DNA of 64,000 bases from Chamaesiphon sp. (GTDB lineage Bacteria; Cyanobacteriota; Cyanobacteriia; Cyanobacteriales; Chamaesiphonaceae), in NCBI GenBank assembly GCA_965246715.1, contig CBDFFH010000005.1, positions 128,001-192,000 of the forward strand, given 5' to 3'. Below the pieces are notes generated by a model. The model saw only the letters and a program-made list of their open reading frames with translations. It did no database searches and was not told the origin of the DNA. Shown in pieces: positions 29,959 to 41,049 of the stretch; position 1 is the first letter of the stretch; each line of letters starts with the position of its first letter. Position numbers and translations under genes: made by a program.

Positions 29959-31287
29959 ATGACCACAGAACGACCCAAAATCATTGTCCTCGACGACGAC
30001 CCTACGGGTTCGCAGACAGTTCATAGTTGCTTGCTCTTGACGCAGTGGGATGTAGAAACACTCAAGCTCGGGCTGACGGATGCCGTGCCGATCTTTTTCA
30101 TCTTGACGAATACTCGCGCTCTGACACCTAACCAAGCAGCAGAGGTGACGCGGGAGGTTTGTCGCAATCTCAAGATTGCCGTCACCCAGACAGGGGTGAC
30201 AAACTTTTTGGTAGTGAGTCGATCGGATTCTACCTTGCGGGGACACTACCCGATCGAGACTGATGTCATCGCTGCCGAATTGGGCGGTTTCGACGCGCAT
30301 TTCCTGGTGCCGGCCTTTTTTGAAGGGGGTCGGATTACTCGCGATAGCGTCCATTATCTGGTGGTAGATGGGGTGGAGACACCAGTTCACAAAACAGAAT
30401 TCGCTCGCGATTCGGTGTTTGGATTCAGTCATAGCTTCCTCCCGGATTATGTTGAGGAAAAAACCCACGGTGAAATTTCTGCCGATCGAGTGGTAAGATT
30501 TTTACTCGATGAAGTTCGCAATAGTAGTCTCGATCGGTTGATGCAACTAGAACGCAATCGCTGTTGTGTCGTCGATGGCGAATGTCAAGCGGATTTTGAC
30601 AAGTTTGCTGCCGATATCCTCACAGCAGCGAGTCAAGGCAAAAAATTCTTGTTTCGCAGTGGTGCCAGCATCCTCACTTCTCTGGCGGATTTAGGCCCTC
30701 AACCTATCCCCGCGACAGAGATGTCCAAATACGTGCGCGATGGCCAGCCAGGGGCGATTATCGTCGGTTCTCACGTCCAAAAGACTACCGATCAACTCAC
30801 TCAACTGCTGAAGACAGCAGGCATCGTCGGGGTGGAAATCGATGTTTCGCAATTAGTCGGGGAAGATGACCGACTGAGGGCGCAATTGTTGGCAACGACT
30901 ATCGATCGGATCGATACTATCCATCAAGCTGGAGACACGCCCGCAATTTATACCAGTCGTCACGAACTCAGCTTCGACAGCATTCAAATTCGGTTGAAGT
31001 TTGGCGAAGCAGTTTCCGATCTCCTAATGGACATCATTCGCGCTCTGCCGAACGATATCGGCTTTTTGATTAGTAAAGGTGGGATCACTTCTAATGACAC
31101 CCTCAGCAAAGGTTTAGCCCTGCGGACGGCGAGATTATTAGGACAAATTTTACCTGGTTGCTCGGCGATCGTCACACCGTCAGCAAATACCCAATTTCCC
31201 AATCTCCCTGTCGTGTTATTCCCCGGAAATGTCGGCGATGAGCATGCCCTAGCGACGGCTTATCTAAGGCTTGAAGGGAGAGCATAG
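29959..31287 (+). CDS. Four-carbon acid sugar kinase family protein (DUF1537)
   Basis: VLDDDPTGSQT, SRSDSTLRGH, SKGGITS, FPGNVG. Confidence 0.92.
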   Translation: MTTERPKIIVLDDDPTGSQTVHSCLLLTQWDVETLKLGLTDAVPIFFILTNTRALTPNQAAEVTREVCRNLKIAVTQTGVTNFLVVSRSDSTLRGHYPIETDVIAAELGGFDAHFLVPAFFEGGRITRDSVHYLVVDGVETPVHKTEFARDSVFGFSHSFLPDYVEEKTHGEISADRVVRFLLDEVRNSSLDRLMQLERNRCCVVDGECQADFDKFAADILTAASQGKKFLFRSGASILTSLADLGPQPIPATEMSKYVRDGQPGAIIVGSHVQKTTDQLTQLLKTAGIVGVEIDVSQLVGEDDRLRAQLLATTIDRIDTIHQAGDTPAIYTSRHELSFDSIQIRLKFGEAVSDLLMDIIRALPNDIGFLISKGGITSNDTLSKGLALRTARLLGQILPGCSAIVTPSANTQFPNLPVVLFPGNVGDEHALATAYLRLEGRA

Positions 31288-31531
31288 GGGATCGGGAAAA
31301 TAGCGACTGGAGAAGATGACGGTAAGGTATTATTGTTAAGTTAGACAGCACAGATATCGAACGGCTTGCTGTAGGCGATCGCCATCGGATAGTACGCAGC
31401 CTAAACAGAGCTGGGGGCAGCAGTGCCCACCTGGCGACAAGATCCAGATTAGTCAGCAACCAACAAATACTAATAATAATCAATAACTAACTAATAACAA
31501 ATAATAAATAACATACTAATTCATAATTTTT

Positions 31532-32713
31532 ATGACTGAAGGCGATCTCAAACCTGAATATAGACCTGGATTGGAAGGAGTGCCTGCTGCTAAGTCGAGC
31601 ATCAGTTATGTTGGTATCCAAACAACCGAGCTTGGGGACAAAGAAGGTGTTTTAGAATACCGGAGTATTCCCGTCCAATTATTAGCCCAGCACAGTAGTT
31701 TTGTCGAAACTGCATTCCTCCTGATTTGGGGCAGATTGCCAACGCATACCGAACTCAGTGAGTTTACCAGCGATATTTATTCGCATCGGCGGATCAAGTA
31801 TCGGATCAAAGACATGATGAAATGTTTTCCCGAAACCGGACATCCGATGGATGCATTGCAAGCATCAGCCGCTGCTTTGGGCTTATTTTACTCGCGGCAT
31901 CAAGGATTGACTCCCGACTACGTGCGCCAAACTGTGATTAGATTGCTGGCGAAGATTCCGACGATGGTAGCGGCGTTCCAACTGATGCGCAAAGGGAACG
32001 ATCCGGTGTTACCTCGTGACGATCTGGACTATGCTGCTAACTTCCTCTACATGTTGACGGAAAAGGAACCAGATCCGATCGTGGCGAAAGTTATGGATGT
32101 CTGTTTGATCCTCCATGCCGAGCATACGATGAATGCGTCTACTTTTTCGGCACGCGTTACTGCTTCGACGTTGACAGATCCCTATGCCGTTATTGCTTCG
32201 GCGGTAGGTACGCTGGCTGGGCCACTTCACGGTGGTGCGAATGAGGAAACGATCCTGATGTTGAAAAAGATCGGTTCTGTGGCAAACGTGCGCCCTTACG
32301 TAGAGCAATGTCTGGAGTTAGACCCCAAGTATAAGTTCATGGGTTTCGGGCATCGCGTTTACAAGGGTGTCAAAGATCCTCGGGCGATCGTGTTGCAAGA
32401 TTTAGCCGAGCAACTATTTGCCAAATTTGGCTACGATCCTTACTATGATATCGCACTCGAACTAGAGAGCGTGCTAGAAGAATACCTCGGAACACGCGGA
32501 ATTTATCCCAATGTGGATTACTATTCGGGGCTGGTCTACCGTAAAATGGGTATTCCTGCAGATTTATTTACGCCTGTGTTTGCGATCGCGCGAGTAGCTG
32601 GTTGGTTGGCTCATTGGAACGAACAACTCCAAGAAAATCGCATCTTCCGTCCGACGCAAATCTATACTGGCGGGCATCAGCAACCGTATACACACATTGG
32701 CGAGCGAGTTTAG
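31532..32713 (+). CDS. gltA: Citrate synthase
   Basis: HAEHTMNAST, GPLHGGAN, GFGHRVYK, YPNVDYYSG. Confidence 0.97.
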   Translation: MTEGDLKPEYRPGLEGVPAAKSSISYVGIQTTELGDKEGVLEYRSIPVQLLAQHSSFVETAFLLIWGRLPTHTELSEFTSDIYSHRRIKYRIKDMMKCFPETGHPMDALQASAAALGLFYSRHQGLTPDYVRQTVIRLLAKIPTMVAAFQLMRKGNDPVLPRDDLDYAANFLYMLTEKEPDPIVAKVMDVCLILHAEHTMNASTFSARVTASTLTDPYAVIASAVGTLAGPLHGGANEETILMLKKIGSVANVRPYVEQCLELDPKYKFMGFGHRVYKGVKDPRAIVLQDLAEQLFAKFGYDPYYDIALELESVLEEYLGTRGIYPNVDYYSGLVYRKMGIPADLFTPVFAIARVAGWLAHWNEQLQENRIFRPTQIYTGGHQQPYTHIGERV

Positions 32714-32811
32714 CCACTCATCCGTGCGCTCTTACCTTAAACTAACTTCGATAAGGGGCACCTACGCAACAATATGTTATGCGTCTAATCCCTAATCCCT
32801 AATCTCTCTTT

Positions 32812-33354
32812 ATGCTCGCGAATAATCCCGTTCTCACATCCACTCTCATCCTTACCCTACTCTTAGCAGTAGGGTTGTTTTTCTTCATCCGGGCTTCGAC
32901 CAAAGAGCGGATCGAACAAATGGTGCTCGAAACTGGCGATGCTGAGGAAATATTATTACCAAGACTGCAACAGTATTTTACCGATCGAGCCTACAAAGTC
33001 ACAGCAGTCGATCGAGATACCGAGATCGTTACTTTTGAAGGCTTAGTAAGTCCGAGTGTGTTTTTGGCATCGCTGCTGACGGGTTTGGCCGCGATTGGGG
33101 CTATGTGTCTGGCGCTGGTGTTATCGATGCTCTTTCCCGATATCGGCAACCTATTCCTGTTATTGCTAGTTGTGGCACCTATCGCTGGGTGGTTTTACTG
33201 GCAAGGCTCATCGCGGATCGAACAAATTCGCCTCAAAGTAGAAGCGCCGTCGGGTGAGGGTGCGCCGACGGCCATTAAAATTAGCGGTCATCGGGATGAG
33301 TTGGCAGTATTTCAAGAAACACTGCAATTATGTGTCCGCGACGAGATAAAATGA
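32812..33354 (+). CDS. ccb1: Cofactor assembly of complex C subunit B, CCB1-like (DUF3529)
   Basis: GLFFFIRASTKERIE, FEGLVSPS, FYWQ, GHRDEL. Confidence 0.8.
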   Translation: MLANNPVLTSTLILTLLLAVGLFFFIRASTKERIEQMVLETGDAEEILLPRLQQYFTDRAYKVTAVDRDTEIVTFEGLVSPSVFLASLLTGLAAIGAMCLALVLSMLFPDIGNLFLLLLVVAPIAGWFYWQGSSRIEQIRLKVEAPSGEGAPTAIKISGHRDELAVFQETLQLCVRDEIK

Positions 33355-33359
33355 AAAAA

Positions 33360-33385
33360 CACTCGAATACATCAGTATTCGAGTG
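33360..33385. terminator. Hairpin between convergent genes
   Basis: CACTCGAATAC-ATCA-GTATTCGAGTG. Confidence 0.65.
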
Positions 33386-33429
33386 CATCTCTATGTAAAA
33401 TGTAGATTTTAGCCAGTAAATCGCTGAAA

Positions 33430-33753
33430 TTAGTAGGTACTGCTGCCAACAGCCGCTAATTGACTTTCTGATTCTGGTTCTAAAGATCGCAGACTGGGAA
33501 ACAGGAAATGGTTCTCTTCGACGTATTGTGCGCCGAATAGACCTTTCTCCGCCCAAAAATAGCGATCGGTTGTATGTTCGTTACGTTTCACTAGCAATAA
33601 GGCTGGTGGAGCGATGCCTTCAGACAAGATATATTTGCGCGCTGCCGTCACAGGTTTATCTTCGCCACTTTCGATGCTGAACTGGGGCACCTGCTCCAAA
33701 ATTCTCCGACCTTCTTGCCGTCTCCGACTTTTCCGTTTGCGTCTTCTAGCCAA
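33430..33753 (-). CDS. Conserved cyanobacterial protein (DUF3155-like)
   Basis: ARRRKRKSRRRQEGRRILE...RYFWAEKGLFGAQY; TTG start at 33753 follows an AGGAGG RBS. Confidence 0.85.
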   Translation of the reverse strand: MARRRKRKSRRRQEGRRILEQVPQFSIESGEDKPVTAARKYILSEGIAPPALLLVKRNEHTTDRYFWAEKGLFGAQYVEENHFLFPSLRSLEPESESQLAAVGSSTY

Positions 33754-34088
33754 CCGCCTTACCTCCTCTCTGGTGCAGACAGATGTAATGTCTGTTACAA
33801 AAGCCGTCGCCATTCTATCCGCTTCGTTTCAAAAACTCAACCCCTCTCTAAATACCCTCCTCATCCGCTCAAACCCAATAATATAAAGAAAAACTAAATT
33901 TTCACTGGGTATTTTGCCCCAGATAATTTTACATATTTTTAATATTCGCAATAAAATTTAATATAATCTTCAGAACCACTTTCATGACTGCACTCGATCT
34001 CGCCAATTGATGTCGATCGTGCCAGAATGAGTTAACAGTGGACTGTTTACCGTCTACTGGCGATCGTGAAATTGTCACTGCTCAACTG

Positions 34089-35432
34089 ATGTCTACCGCT
34101 GCAAGTCCTGAATTCATAGATTTATGTCGCGCGCAGTTACGGCTGCTAGCCGAAGGTTTGGGTGCGAGCCGCAGCATTGTCTATCTGACAGAAGAACTAG
34201 AAGGGGGTGGCACGTCAAAATTATTACCAGCGATTGTCTACCCCGATACTGAGGTCACCCGCTCGAAGCCAACACCACAGATCGCTCCCCAGCCCATCGA
34301 GCTGATACCACAGCCTGCGGCCGAACCGATTCTCCTTAACGAGCAGCAGATCTCCACCCTAGCGCCCTCTACGCTGTCAGAGATGGATGAGCGCGATTTA
34401 CACCCAGAAGAGCACAACAGTCGCATTCAGATTGTCTTACCCTTGGTTTATGATGGGACGATCGTCGGCTTGCTAATGACGACACGAGAAGCCCATCCTT
34501 GGAATACTGTAGAACGGGCAGAAATCCAACATATCGCTCAAACTCTGGCTTTGGCAGGGATTTTGGATCTACGCCGCCAGTGGATGGCAACCGAACTCCA
34601 ACACCAGCAGCAACGGCAACTCCAGCAACGCGATTTATTGCATAATCTCCTCCATCAACTTCGCAATCCATTAACCGCGATTCGGACATTTGGCAAGCTC
34701 TTACTCAAGCGTCTCAATCCCGAAGATCGAGATCGATCGATCGCCAGTAGTATCGTCCGTGAAAGCGACAGATTGCAGGAACTATTACAACATTTAGAAA
34801 TTGCGATCGATCTCAATCTAGTGACTGATGGAGAAGACGATGCCACTAGCTTCAAAAAACTGCCCGCTACCCCTACCCCAGAAGGATCGCGAAATGCTAA
34901 TTTATTACTTCCCGATGCTGCTTTCCGGGTCGAATCTTGTCAATTAGCAGATGTTCTTAGTCCTCTAATTCTCTCGGCCGAAGCGATCTCCCAAGATCGA
35001 AATTTAAAATTTCACGCCCATATCCCGCCGAATTTACCATTAGTCCAAGCTCATCCAATCGCCTTACAAGAAGTATTGAGCAATTTAATCGACAATGCCT
35101 TGAAATACACTCCCGCTGGTGGCGATGTCGATGTCGATGTCGAACTGAGTGAAGTTCCCAATCGATCGCGCCGCAAACCTACACCAGCCACCATCCAAAT
35201 TAGCGTCAGAGACACAGGGATGGGAATTCCGCCGCAGGATTTAGAACAGCTATTTACCCGCCACTATCGTGGCGTTCAGGCGCAGGGGAATATTGTGGGG
35301 ACTGGATTGGGACTGGCGATCGCCAAGGAATTAGTGACGCATATGAATGGCAAAATCGAAGCGATCAGTCCACCACCTGGCAGCAAGCGAGGTACCGAAT
35401 TTATTCTGTCGCTACCATTAGTCAAGAGTTAG
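34089..35432 (+). CDS. hik2: GAF sensor histidine kinase, Hik2/CSK type
   Basis: SPEFIDLCRAQL, LHQLRNPLTAIRTFGKLL, NLIDNALKYT, GTGLGL. Confidence 0.85.
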   Translation: MSTAASPEFIDLCRAQLRLLAEGLGASRSIVYLTEELEGGGTSKLLPAIVYPDTEVTRSKPTPQIAPQPIELIPQPAAEPILLNEQQISTLAPSTLSEMDERDLHPEEHNSRIQIVLPLVYDGTIVGLLMTTREAHPWNTVERAEIQHIAQTLALAGILDLRRQWMATELQHQQQRQLQQRDLLHNLLHQLRNPLTAIRTFGKLLLKRLNPEDRDRSIASSIVRESDRLQELLQHLEIAIDLNLVTDGEDDATSFKKLPATPTPEGSRNANLLLPDAAFRVESCQLADVLSPLILSAEAISQDRNLKFHAHIPPNLPLVQAHPIALQEVLSNLIDNALKYTPAGGDVDVDVELSEVPNRSRRKPTPATIQISVRDTGMGIPPQDLEQLFTRHYRGVQAQGNIVGTGLGLAIAKELVTHMNGKIEAISPPPGSKRGTEFILSLPLVKS

Positions 35433-35686
35433 CACATTCCCGTAAATATATATCCCGATCGATGAATGAAATCGCTAAATTCGGCTCGTCTTTGGCCGCT
35501 AATAGTTGACTGTTTTTGAGAAATACTGAAGGTCGAAGGGCAATAATTCAATTTATCTCAATACAAAAAATCACTGGCGATTGTTATTTAACAAATACTC
35601 ATTTAGATAGATGAAAAGTAGGTGCGATCTTTTTTATAACTAATGTATAGAACAGTGTAATTAGTTACAAATAAACAGAAAATAAT

Positions 35687-36622
35687 ATGTCTCTCCACAA
35701 AATTAAAGATTTCGATCCCGATTACGCAGACCATTTTGACGAAGATGTCATCGGACTAGATTTGTACAGCGGCAATGAAAAAGTCGGTTCTGTAGACGAT
35801 ATTCTCGTTGACGAGAATGGGAGCTTTCGTTATTTTGTCATTCACACTGGAGCCTGGATTTTAGGCAAGAAAACACTCTTACCGATCGGTCGCGCGCGGG
35901 TCGCTACCAACGAGCGGCGGGTTTATGTAGACGGACTGAGCAAATCGCAAATCGAAAGCTTGCCAGAATACAACGAGCATAGCACTGTGGATTACGATCG
36001 CGAGGAACTGACTCGGCAAGCCTACCGTTCGCCGTCAACTGCTGGCGTAGCAGCTGGAGCCGGAATGGGTGCGATGACTGGCTCGATGGCCACAGACGTG
36101 CCGCCTCCAGGCATGACAGCAGTAGATACTACCACCACGACTCATGGTGTGCCACAGGATCTACCTGCAATCGCTCGTCGCGATGATTATAGCTACGATC
36201 GGGAGCCGGATTTATACGATCTCAATCATAGCGATCGTCAAACCCTCAAATTGTATGAAGAGCGCTTAATCGCTAATAAGACCCGTCAGAAAACAGGTGA
36301 AGTGTCGATCGGCAAACGTGTCGAAACTGAGACGACAAACGTATCTGTGCCGATCGAAAAAGAACGTGTCACGATCGAGCGCACCCCAGGCAACGGTCAA
36401 GCAGTCACGCCTGGTGAAGCTAATTTCCAAGCGGGCGAAGTCGCACGGATGGAGATTTACGAAGAAACGCCAGATATCCACAAAGAAGCCTTCGTTCGGG
36501 AAGAGGTCAGCATTCGTAAAGAAGTCGATCGCGAGACCGTAGAAGCCCATGAGGAACTGCGCCGTGAAGAGCTAGATGTCAATAAAGAAGGCCGGACGAT
36601 CGACGAGCGGAACATTGCATAG
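35687..36622 (+). CDS. PRC-barrel plus DUF2382 (YsnF/AvaK-like) stress protein
   Basis: KVGSVDDILVD..G.FRYFVI; LYEERLIANK, REEVSIRK. Confidence 0.9.
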   Translation: MSLHKIKDFDPDYADHFDEDVIGLDLYSGNEKVGSVDDILVDENGSFRYFVIHTGAWILGKKTLLPIGRARVATNERRVYVDGLSKSQIESLPEYNEHSTVDYDREELTRQAYRSPSTAGVAAGAGMGAMTGSMATDVPPPGMTAVDTTTTTHGVPQDLPAIARRDDYSYDREPDLYDLNHSDRQTLKLYEERLIANKTRQKTGEVSIGKRVETETTNVSVPIEKERVTIERTPGNGQAVTPGEANFQAGEVARMEIYEETPDIHKEAFVREEVSIRKEVDRETVEAHEELRREELDVNKEGRTIDERNIA

Positions 36623-36731
36623 CATTCTGAGGCTAGAGCAACATAACTCGACTCAACCGTGCCAATTTTTACCCGAGCAACCGATCGGCAGAGTGCTGCG
36701 CCGCTCTGTCCGATCCATCATTTAAAATCGC

Positions 36732-37877
36732 TTGCAGATCGGGATCGATAATGTGAAAAAATTTCCAAACATCGGCGGGTCGCTAGCCTATATCGTACTG
36801 ATACTAACTCTAAGTACGATTCCTCAACTAGTTACCATCCCAACTTGGGCGCAAGCTGCGCCTACTAATCCTAACGCTCCAACCGACACTCCCATGCCCG
36901 TTCGGAACGACACGCCAAATAATAATGCTCTTTGGTGGCTGCTATTGATTCCTGCGGGCGGACTGTTATGGGCGCTGTCGAGATCGTCGCGGCGGCAATC
37001 CACTGTCGAGCCAACCATTCCCGCTCCAAGTATCCCCAGCAGTCCGGTAAATTCAGTCGACCCAGTACTTTTAGATGGGAGAGCGCCTCAGAGCCTACAG
37101 CTGGATGCAGTGACGGTAATGGGGAGGAGTCCCCAAGTGGTTTCCGATGTTGTGCCGATCGCGCCGATAGAGCAGCCACTTCTGGACGAGGGCGCAACTC
37201 AGCCTGCAAGCGGTGAAGGACGCACGATCGGCAGCAATGGTCGAGAGCGAGTTTCCGAAGTACCATTCGCTCCGGTAGAGTCACTACCCGTGGCCGACAG
37301 CACACCTCGGTTGGCGAGCGTGACAGAACGCACGCTAGTCAGCCAGAGCCATCAACAACTGCCAGAACTACGACTCGACCAGCGCCTGAGTAATGACCTG
37401 GCAGAGCGGCAGCCAGCTGCACAGGTTCGGTTGCTGGAAGAACGGCTAGTCGTCGATCTGCACAAACGCAAAGTCGGCGAGGTCATCGTCCGCAAGGAAA
37501 TCGAGACTCGGATCGTCCAAGTCCCAATTCGCCGCGAGATCTTGATTGTGGAGCAGGTTAATCCAGAGTTCAAGCGACTGGCCGTTGTCGACCTGGGACA
37601 ACTGCCTGACGATGCAGTAACAGCGAGCGCTGAAGGCCTCGAACTAGCGCCTACCGTTGCGGCAAGTTTCACTTCTCCCCACGCTGCAATCGAGTTTCTG
37701 AAGTCGATCTCCGATCGGTCGAACGATGGTTCGCACGAGTTGCAAATGAACATCGTGCTAAAAGATGCTGATGCCCAGGCATTCTATCGGGAATGGCTAA
37801 AACATCATGCGGCAACTAACGATGCGATTGGTGGTGGCTCCACCAGATTTGAGGACGATATTCGATCGATCGACTAG
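36732..37877 (+). CDS. Membrane-anchored DUF2382-domain protein
   Basis: WWLLLIP TM; LLEERLVVD..KRKVGEVIVRKEIET; start uncertain. Confidence 0.75.
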   Translation: MQIGIDNVKKFPNIGGSLAYIVLILTLSTIPQLVTIPTWAQAAPTNPNAPTDTPMPVRNDTPNNNALWWLLLIPAGGLLWALSRSSRRQSTVEPTIPAPSIPSSPVNSVDPVLLDGRAPQSLQLDAVTVMGRSPQVVSDVVPIAPIEQPLLDEGATQPASGEGRTIGSNGRERVSEVPFAPVESLPVADSTPRLASVTERTLVSQSHQQLPELRLDQRLSNDLAERQPAAQVRLLEERLVVDLHKRKVGEVIVRKEIETRIVQVPIRREILIVEQVNPEFKRLAVVDLGQLPDDAVTASAEGLELAPTVAASFTSPHAAIEFLKSISDRSNDGSHELQMNIVLKDADAQAFYREWLKHHAATNDAIGGGSTRFEDDIRSID

Positions 37878-37920
37878 AGTTGCGCTCATATTCATTCACA
37901 TTTTATTAGGAGTGATTTCC

Positions 37921-38370
37921 ATGAATTTTTCTCGTCGCTTCCGGCAAAGTTTAGCCACGTTGCTGTTAATTTGCGTTTTAGTTTTTACAACTGCATGTGG
38001 TAGCAATACCGCGACTCGATCGCCCCAATCGAGCGCGCCCACCAAACTCGATCGCAGCATCGGTTACGGTCAACTATCGCGCGGTAACTCAGATGTCGGT
38101 CAAGACTTTGCAAACTGGGCAGTTGAAGCCAGTAAGGGCTTAATTAAAGATGCCTTTGTCCGCGATGATAACAAATTAGGTGCAGTCATCTCGCCACAGG
38201 TGCGCCCGACTGAAGTAAAAGATCTGGCCCAATCGTTGACTCAAGGCTTTCGGAAAAACTTCCCCGATCGCGATCTCACCGTGTTGATGTATGCGCCAGA
38301 TAAGCAACTGATTTTGACAGCGAAATATGATACTCAGTCAAAGCAAGTTGAGTATAAAGCAGCGACCTAA
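37921..38370 (+). CDS. Putative lipoprotein
   Basis: Signal peptide with TTAC lipobox; ATG after AGGAG. Confidence 0.8.
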   Translation: MNFSRRFRQSLATLLLICVLVFTTACGSNTATRSPQSSAPTKLDRSIGYGQLSRGNSDVGQDFANWAVEASKGLIKDAFVRDDNKLGAVISPQVRPTEVKDLAQSLTQGFRKNFPDRDLTVLMYAPDKQLILTAKYDTQSKQVEYKAAT

Positions 38371-38429
38371 AAACGGTTGGCGATCGAGTAAATTTTCCAA
38401 TCAATTAATTTTAGTGAGGGATAACCGCA

Positions 38430-38942
38430 ATGTCTAGCAGTGATGACTACAAACGCCAAGCTCTGAAAGATTTAGCAGGTGGCGACAAAGAGATCTTACC
38501 CGACGATTCGAGTACCGACTATCAAAACTTTGATGATTTTGCCCAACGTTCTTCGCGGGAGGAGCGGCACGGACTATTTAGTAAATCGTTGACTCCAGAT
38601 CGGGTGCCGACGAGCCAAATGGAACCAGAACTCCAAAAAGCGATCGCTCAAATTAAACCTGACGAACGCGATGATGTCGCTCGCGACTTCTTTAGTCAGC
38701 TCAAAAAACGCGGATTGCACGATCGGGATTTAGAAAAACAATTGGGTTTGTCCAGTCACGATCCTAAACGAATGAGTGCCGATGATGTGAGTAAATTAGC
38801 GGCATTTACTTATCACAATCACCCCGATCTGTTCCATGAAGTCCTTGCAGATCGACCTGCTTTGGTTAATTTCCTCAGTAATCCAATGGTTGGAGCTGCT
38901 TTGGGCGCGATCGCTGCTAAGTGGATGGGCGGACATAAATAG
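38430..38942 (+). CDS. Conserved hypothetical protein
   Basis: 170-aa ORF with RBS, co-oriented in the stress-protein cluster. Confidence 0.8.
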   Translation: MSSSDDYKRQALKDLAGGDKEILPDDSSTDYQNFDDFAQRSSREERHGLFSKSLTPDRVPTSQMEPELQKAIAQIKPDERDDVARDFFSQLKKRGLHDRDLEKQLGLSSHDPKRMSADDVSKLAAFTYHNHPDLFHEVLADRPALVNFLSNPMVGAALGAIAAKWMGGHK

Positions 38943-38963
38943 ATTCGATCGAGTTCGATAACA

Positions 38964-39001
38964 AAAAATGGGTTGGAGCCAAAAGGTTCCAACCCATTTT
39001 T
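38964..39001. terminator. Intrinsic terminator, likely bidirectional
   Basis: AAAAATGGGTTGGA...TCCAACCCATTTTT. Confidence 0.8.
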
Positions 39002-39107
39002 GGCTATCAAATAATAGATTTAATGCTTGAATACTAACGAATGAATTCGCGCCTAAGCGATCGAAGTCCACCTGTCTCGCTCTAGCCGCGATTTTAATCG
39101 CCGAGCT

Positions 39108-39842
39108 ATGATTAATTCAGACAGGAAAGCTACTAACAATTCCCATCTCGCTAATATGCCGATCGATCCCCTCAGCGATGCTAAAATTATCGACTCCTGG
39201 CACAAAAACGCTGCTCCCTGGATCGTAGCGATTCAGGAACATCAAATCGAAAGTCGCAACCTCGTAACCAATGGCGCGATCGTCGATGCTGTCGTTAGTT
39301 GTGGCGGTAGCAGAGTACTCGATATCGGCTGTGGAGAAGGTTGGCTGACGCGAGAATTAAGCTTGCAAGGAATGCAGGTATTAGGAGTAGATATCGTTCC
39401 CAAATTAATCGATCGAGCGCAGCTAAATGTTAGCGATGCTCGATTTAAAGTGCTTTCCTATGAAGAGATTGTGGCTGGTAAATTAGCCGAAAAATTTGAT
39501 GTAGCGGTTGCTAATTTTTCCTTATTAGGTGATAAGTCGGTGACGAGTTTATTTCAATCGATGCGATCGATTCTCAATCCTCAAGGTAGATTTATCGTTC
39601 AAACAATGCATCCCGCGATCGCCTGTGGATCTCCACCTTATCTAGATGGCTGGCGATCGGGTTCTTGGGCTGGTTTCAGTCCCGATTTTACCGATCCAGC
39701 CCCTTGGTATTTTCGGACATTAACAACCTGGATAAATTTGTATATCTCAAATGGATTCAGCTTAGTAGAATTTCGCGAACCACTTCATCCATACACGGGT
39801 AAACCTGCATCGGCGATATTTATTGGTATATTACAGAACTAA
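39108..39842 (+). CDS. Class I SAM-dependent methyltransferase
   Basis: VLDIGCGEG, GVD, LNPQGRF; start may be 39156. Confidence 0.9.
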   Translation: MINSDRKATNNSHLANMPIDPLSDAKIIDSWHKNAAPWIVAIQEHQIESRNLVTNGAIVDAVVSCGGSRVLDIGCGEGWLTRELSLQGMQVLGVDIVPKLIDRAQLNVSDARFKVLSYEEIVAGKLAEKFDVAVANFSLLGDKSVTSLFQSMRSILNPQGRFIVQTMHPAIACGSPPYLDGWRSGSWAGFSPDFTDPAPWYFRTLTTWINLYISNGFSLVEFREPLHPYTGKPASAIFIGILQN

Positions 39843-39921
39843 TCGGATTTGTCCGGATCTTGGGGCTAAAGCAATGAATATAGTTTTATAAACTGCTTGA
39901 AACTAGATTGAGAAGTTCGCA

Positions 39922-40176
39922 ATGACTCGTAAAAATGACGTTAACAATCCTTCTAAGCGATATCAGAATCAGGCTAACTCTGAATATTTAGCATATCTCG
40001 ATAACTTACAAGAATTTTCAGTTCAGCTTAGCTATATTTCCTCGCTGACATCTGTCGGCAAGTTATCGGTAGATGAATCCTACACACAAGTTAAGCAATT
40101 ATGGAAAACATTATCGTTAAGTAGGCAACAGTTAGAATTTGGCTTACCACCAATCGATCCAACCGACTTCAACTAG
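39922..40176 (+). CDS. Small conserved cyanobacterial protein
   Basis: NLQEFSVQLSYISSLTSVGKLS..ESY.QVKQLWK. Confidence 0.75.
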   Translation: MTRKNDVNNPSKRYQNQANSEYLAYLDNLQEFSVQLSYISSLTSVGKLSVDESYTQVKQLWKTLSLSRQQLEFGLPPIDPTDFN

Positions 40177-40231
40177 CACCGATGTGCAAAATTTTTCCGC
40201 GTGCACTAACTCAACGCTCGAGCCAACAATG

Positions 40232-40259
40232 AAAGCCGTCAAATTACTTTGACGGCTTT
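40232..40259. terminator. Hairpin between convergent genes
   Basis: AAAGCCGTCAAA-TTAC-TTTGACGGCTTT. Confidence 0.75.
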
Positions 40260-40285
40260 GCCACATCTGATTCACATCCAATTTT

Positions 40286-40813
40286 TTACTCAGCAGTAGC
40301 GCGAACGCACCAGGATAGCAACATCGCGGTAATACCTAATTTACTTGCTTCCAATACCCAGTAAATCGAATGCATCCGATCCATTGCCGCCGGAATCGAT
40401 TTGACTGTGGCAAAGATATCGAGATCTACACCTAAGCCACTCATGTAAGGAGTGAGGAAGAAAGTGTAGCTCAAGGCGATCGCGATTAGCATCACTGTAC
40501 CTGCAAGCATTTCCCGTTTGGCGTAGACACCACGAGCGATCTTACTCAAAGCCCAAATACTACTCAGCGCCGCCGCCGCACAGACTAATTCTACCCGATT
40601 GAAAACCCAAAAAATACTATAACTAGCCGAAGCAAACCCACTGCTCTGCATCATCCCAGTCATCCACAACATCGGCATGACGAGGAGATCTAAAACCAAA
40701 CTACCACTCAACCAAAAACCCAGACTACCAATAGCGATATTTTGCCATTGTTTGGAAGGGGTATTGGCTACGGAGAATCTATTGCTGTCTCCACCATTAA
40801 ATGCCTGCGTCAT
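40286..40813 (-). CDS. DUF4149-like membrane protein
   Basis: 4 TM segments; FWLSGSL.LD, FNRVEL, H..YW.LE..K. Confidence 0.8.
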   Translation of the reverse strand: MTQAFNGGDSNRFSVANTPSKQWQNIAIGSLGFWLSGSLVLDLLVMPMLWMTGMMQSSGFASASYSIFWVFNRVELVCAAAALSSIWALSKIARGVYAKREMLAGTVMLIAIALSYTFFLTPYMSGLGVDLDIFATVKSIPAAMDRMHSIYWVLEASKLGITAMLLSWCVRATAE

Positions 40814-40948
40814 GTTGTTTGCCTCTTACAGTAGATCCTCAACTATTCAGGATAACTTATGGGACTAATAAGTAGTACTAATTTTTGTGTCATTTGGGAT
40901 TGCTATTTGGGGATAAATTAGTTAACCCAAGTTGCTACCCATAACCAA

Positions 40949-41027
40949 AGCGGTTAGAAACCGCTCCTCAGATTGCAAAGTCCGCCTTCGCGGACTTTGC
41001 ACCATTAGCCACGATTTCAATCGTAGG
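40949..41027. repeat. Dispersed repeat family AGTCCGC...GCGGACT + CGATTTCAATCG
   Basis: Copies at 47991-48038 and 50800-50847. Confidence 0.85.
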
Positions 41028-41049
41028 CATTTCTAGGTAGCAACTTAGG

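Noticed and set aside
35687..38942. DUF2382/lipoprotein cluster as a novel system
   Set aside because: It resembles a common cyanobacterial stress-protein cluster; no unusual sequence structure seen.
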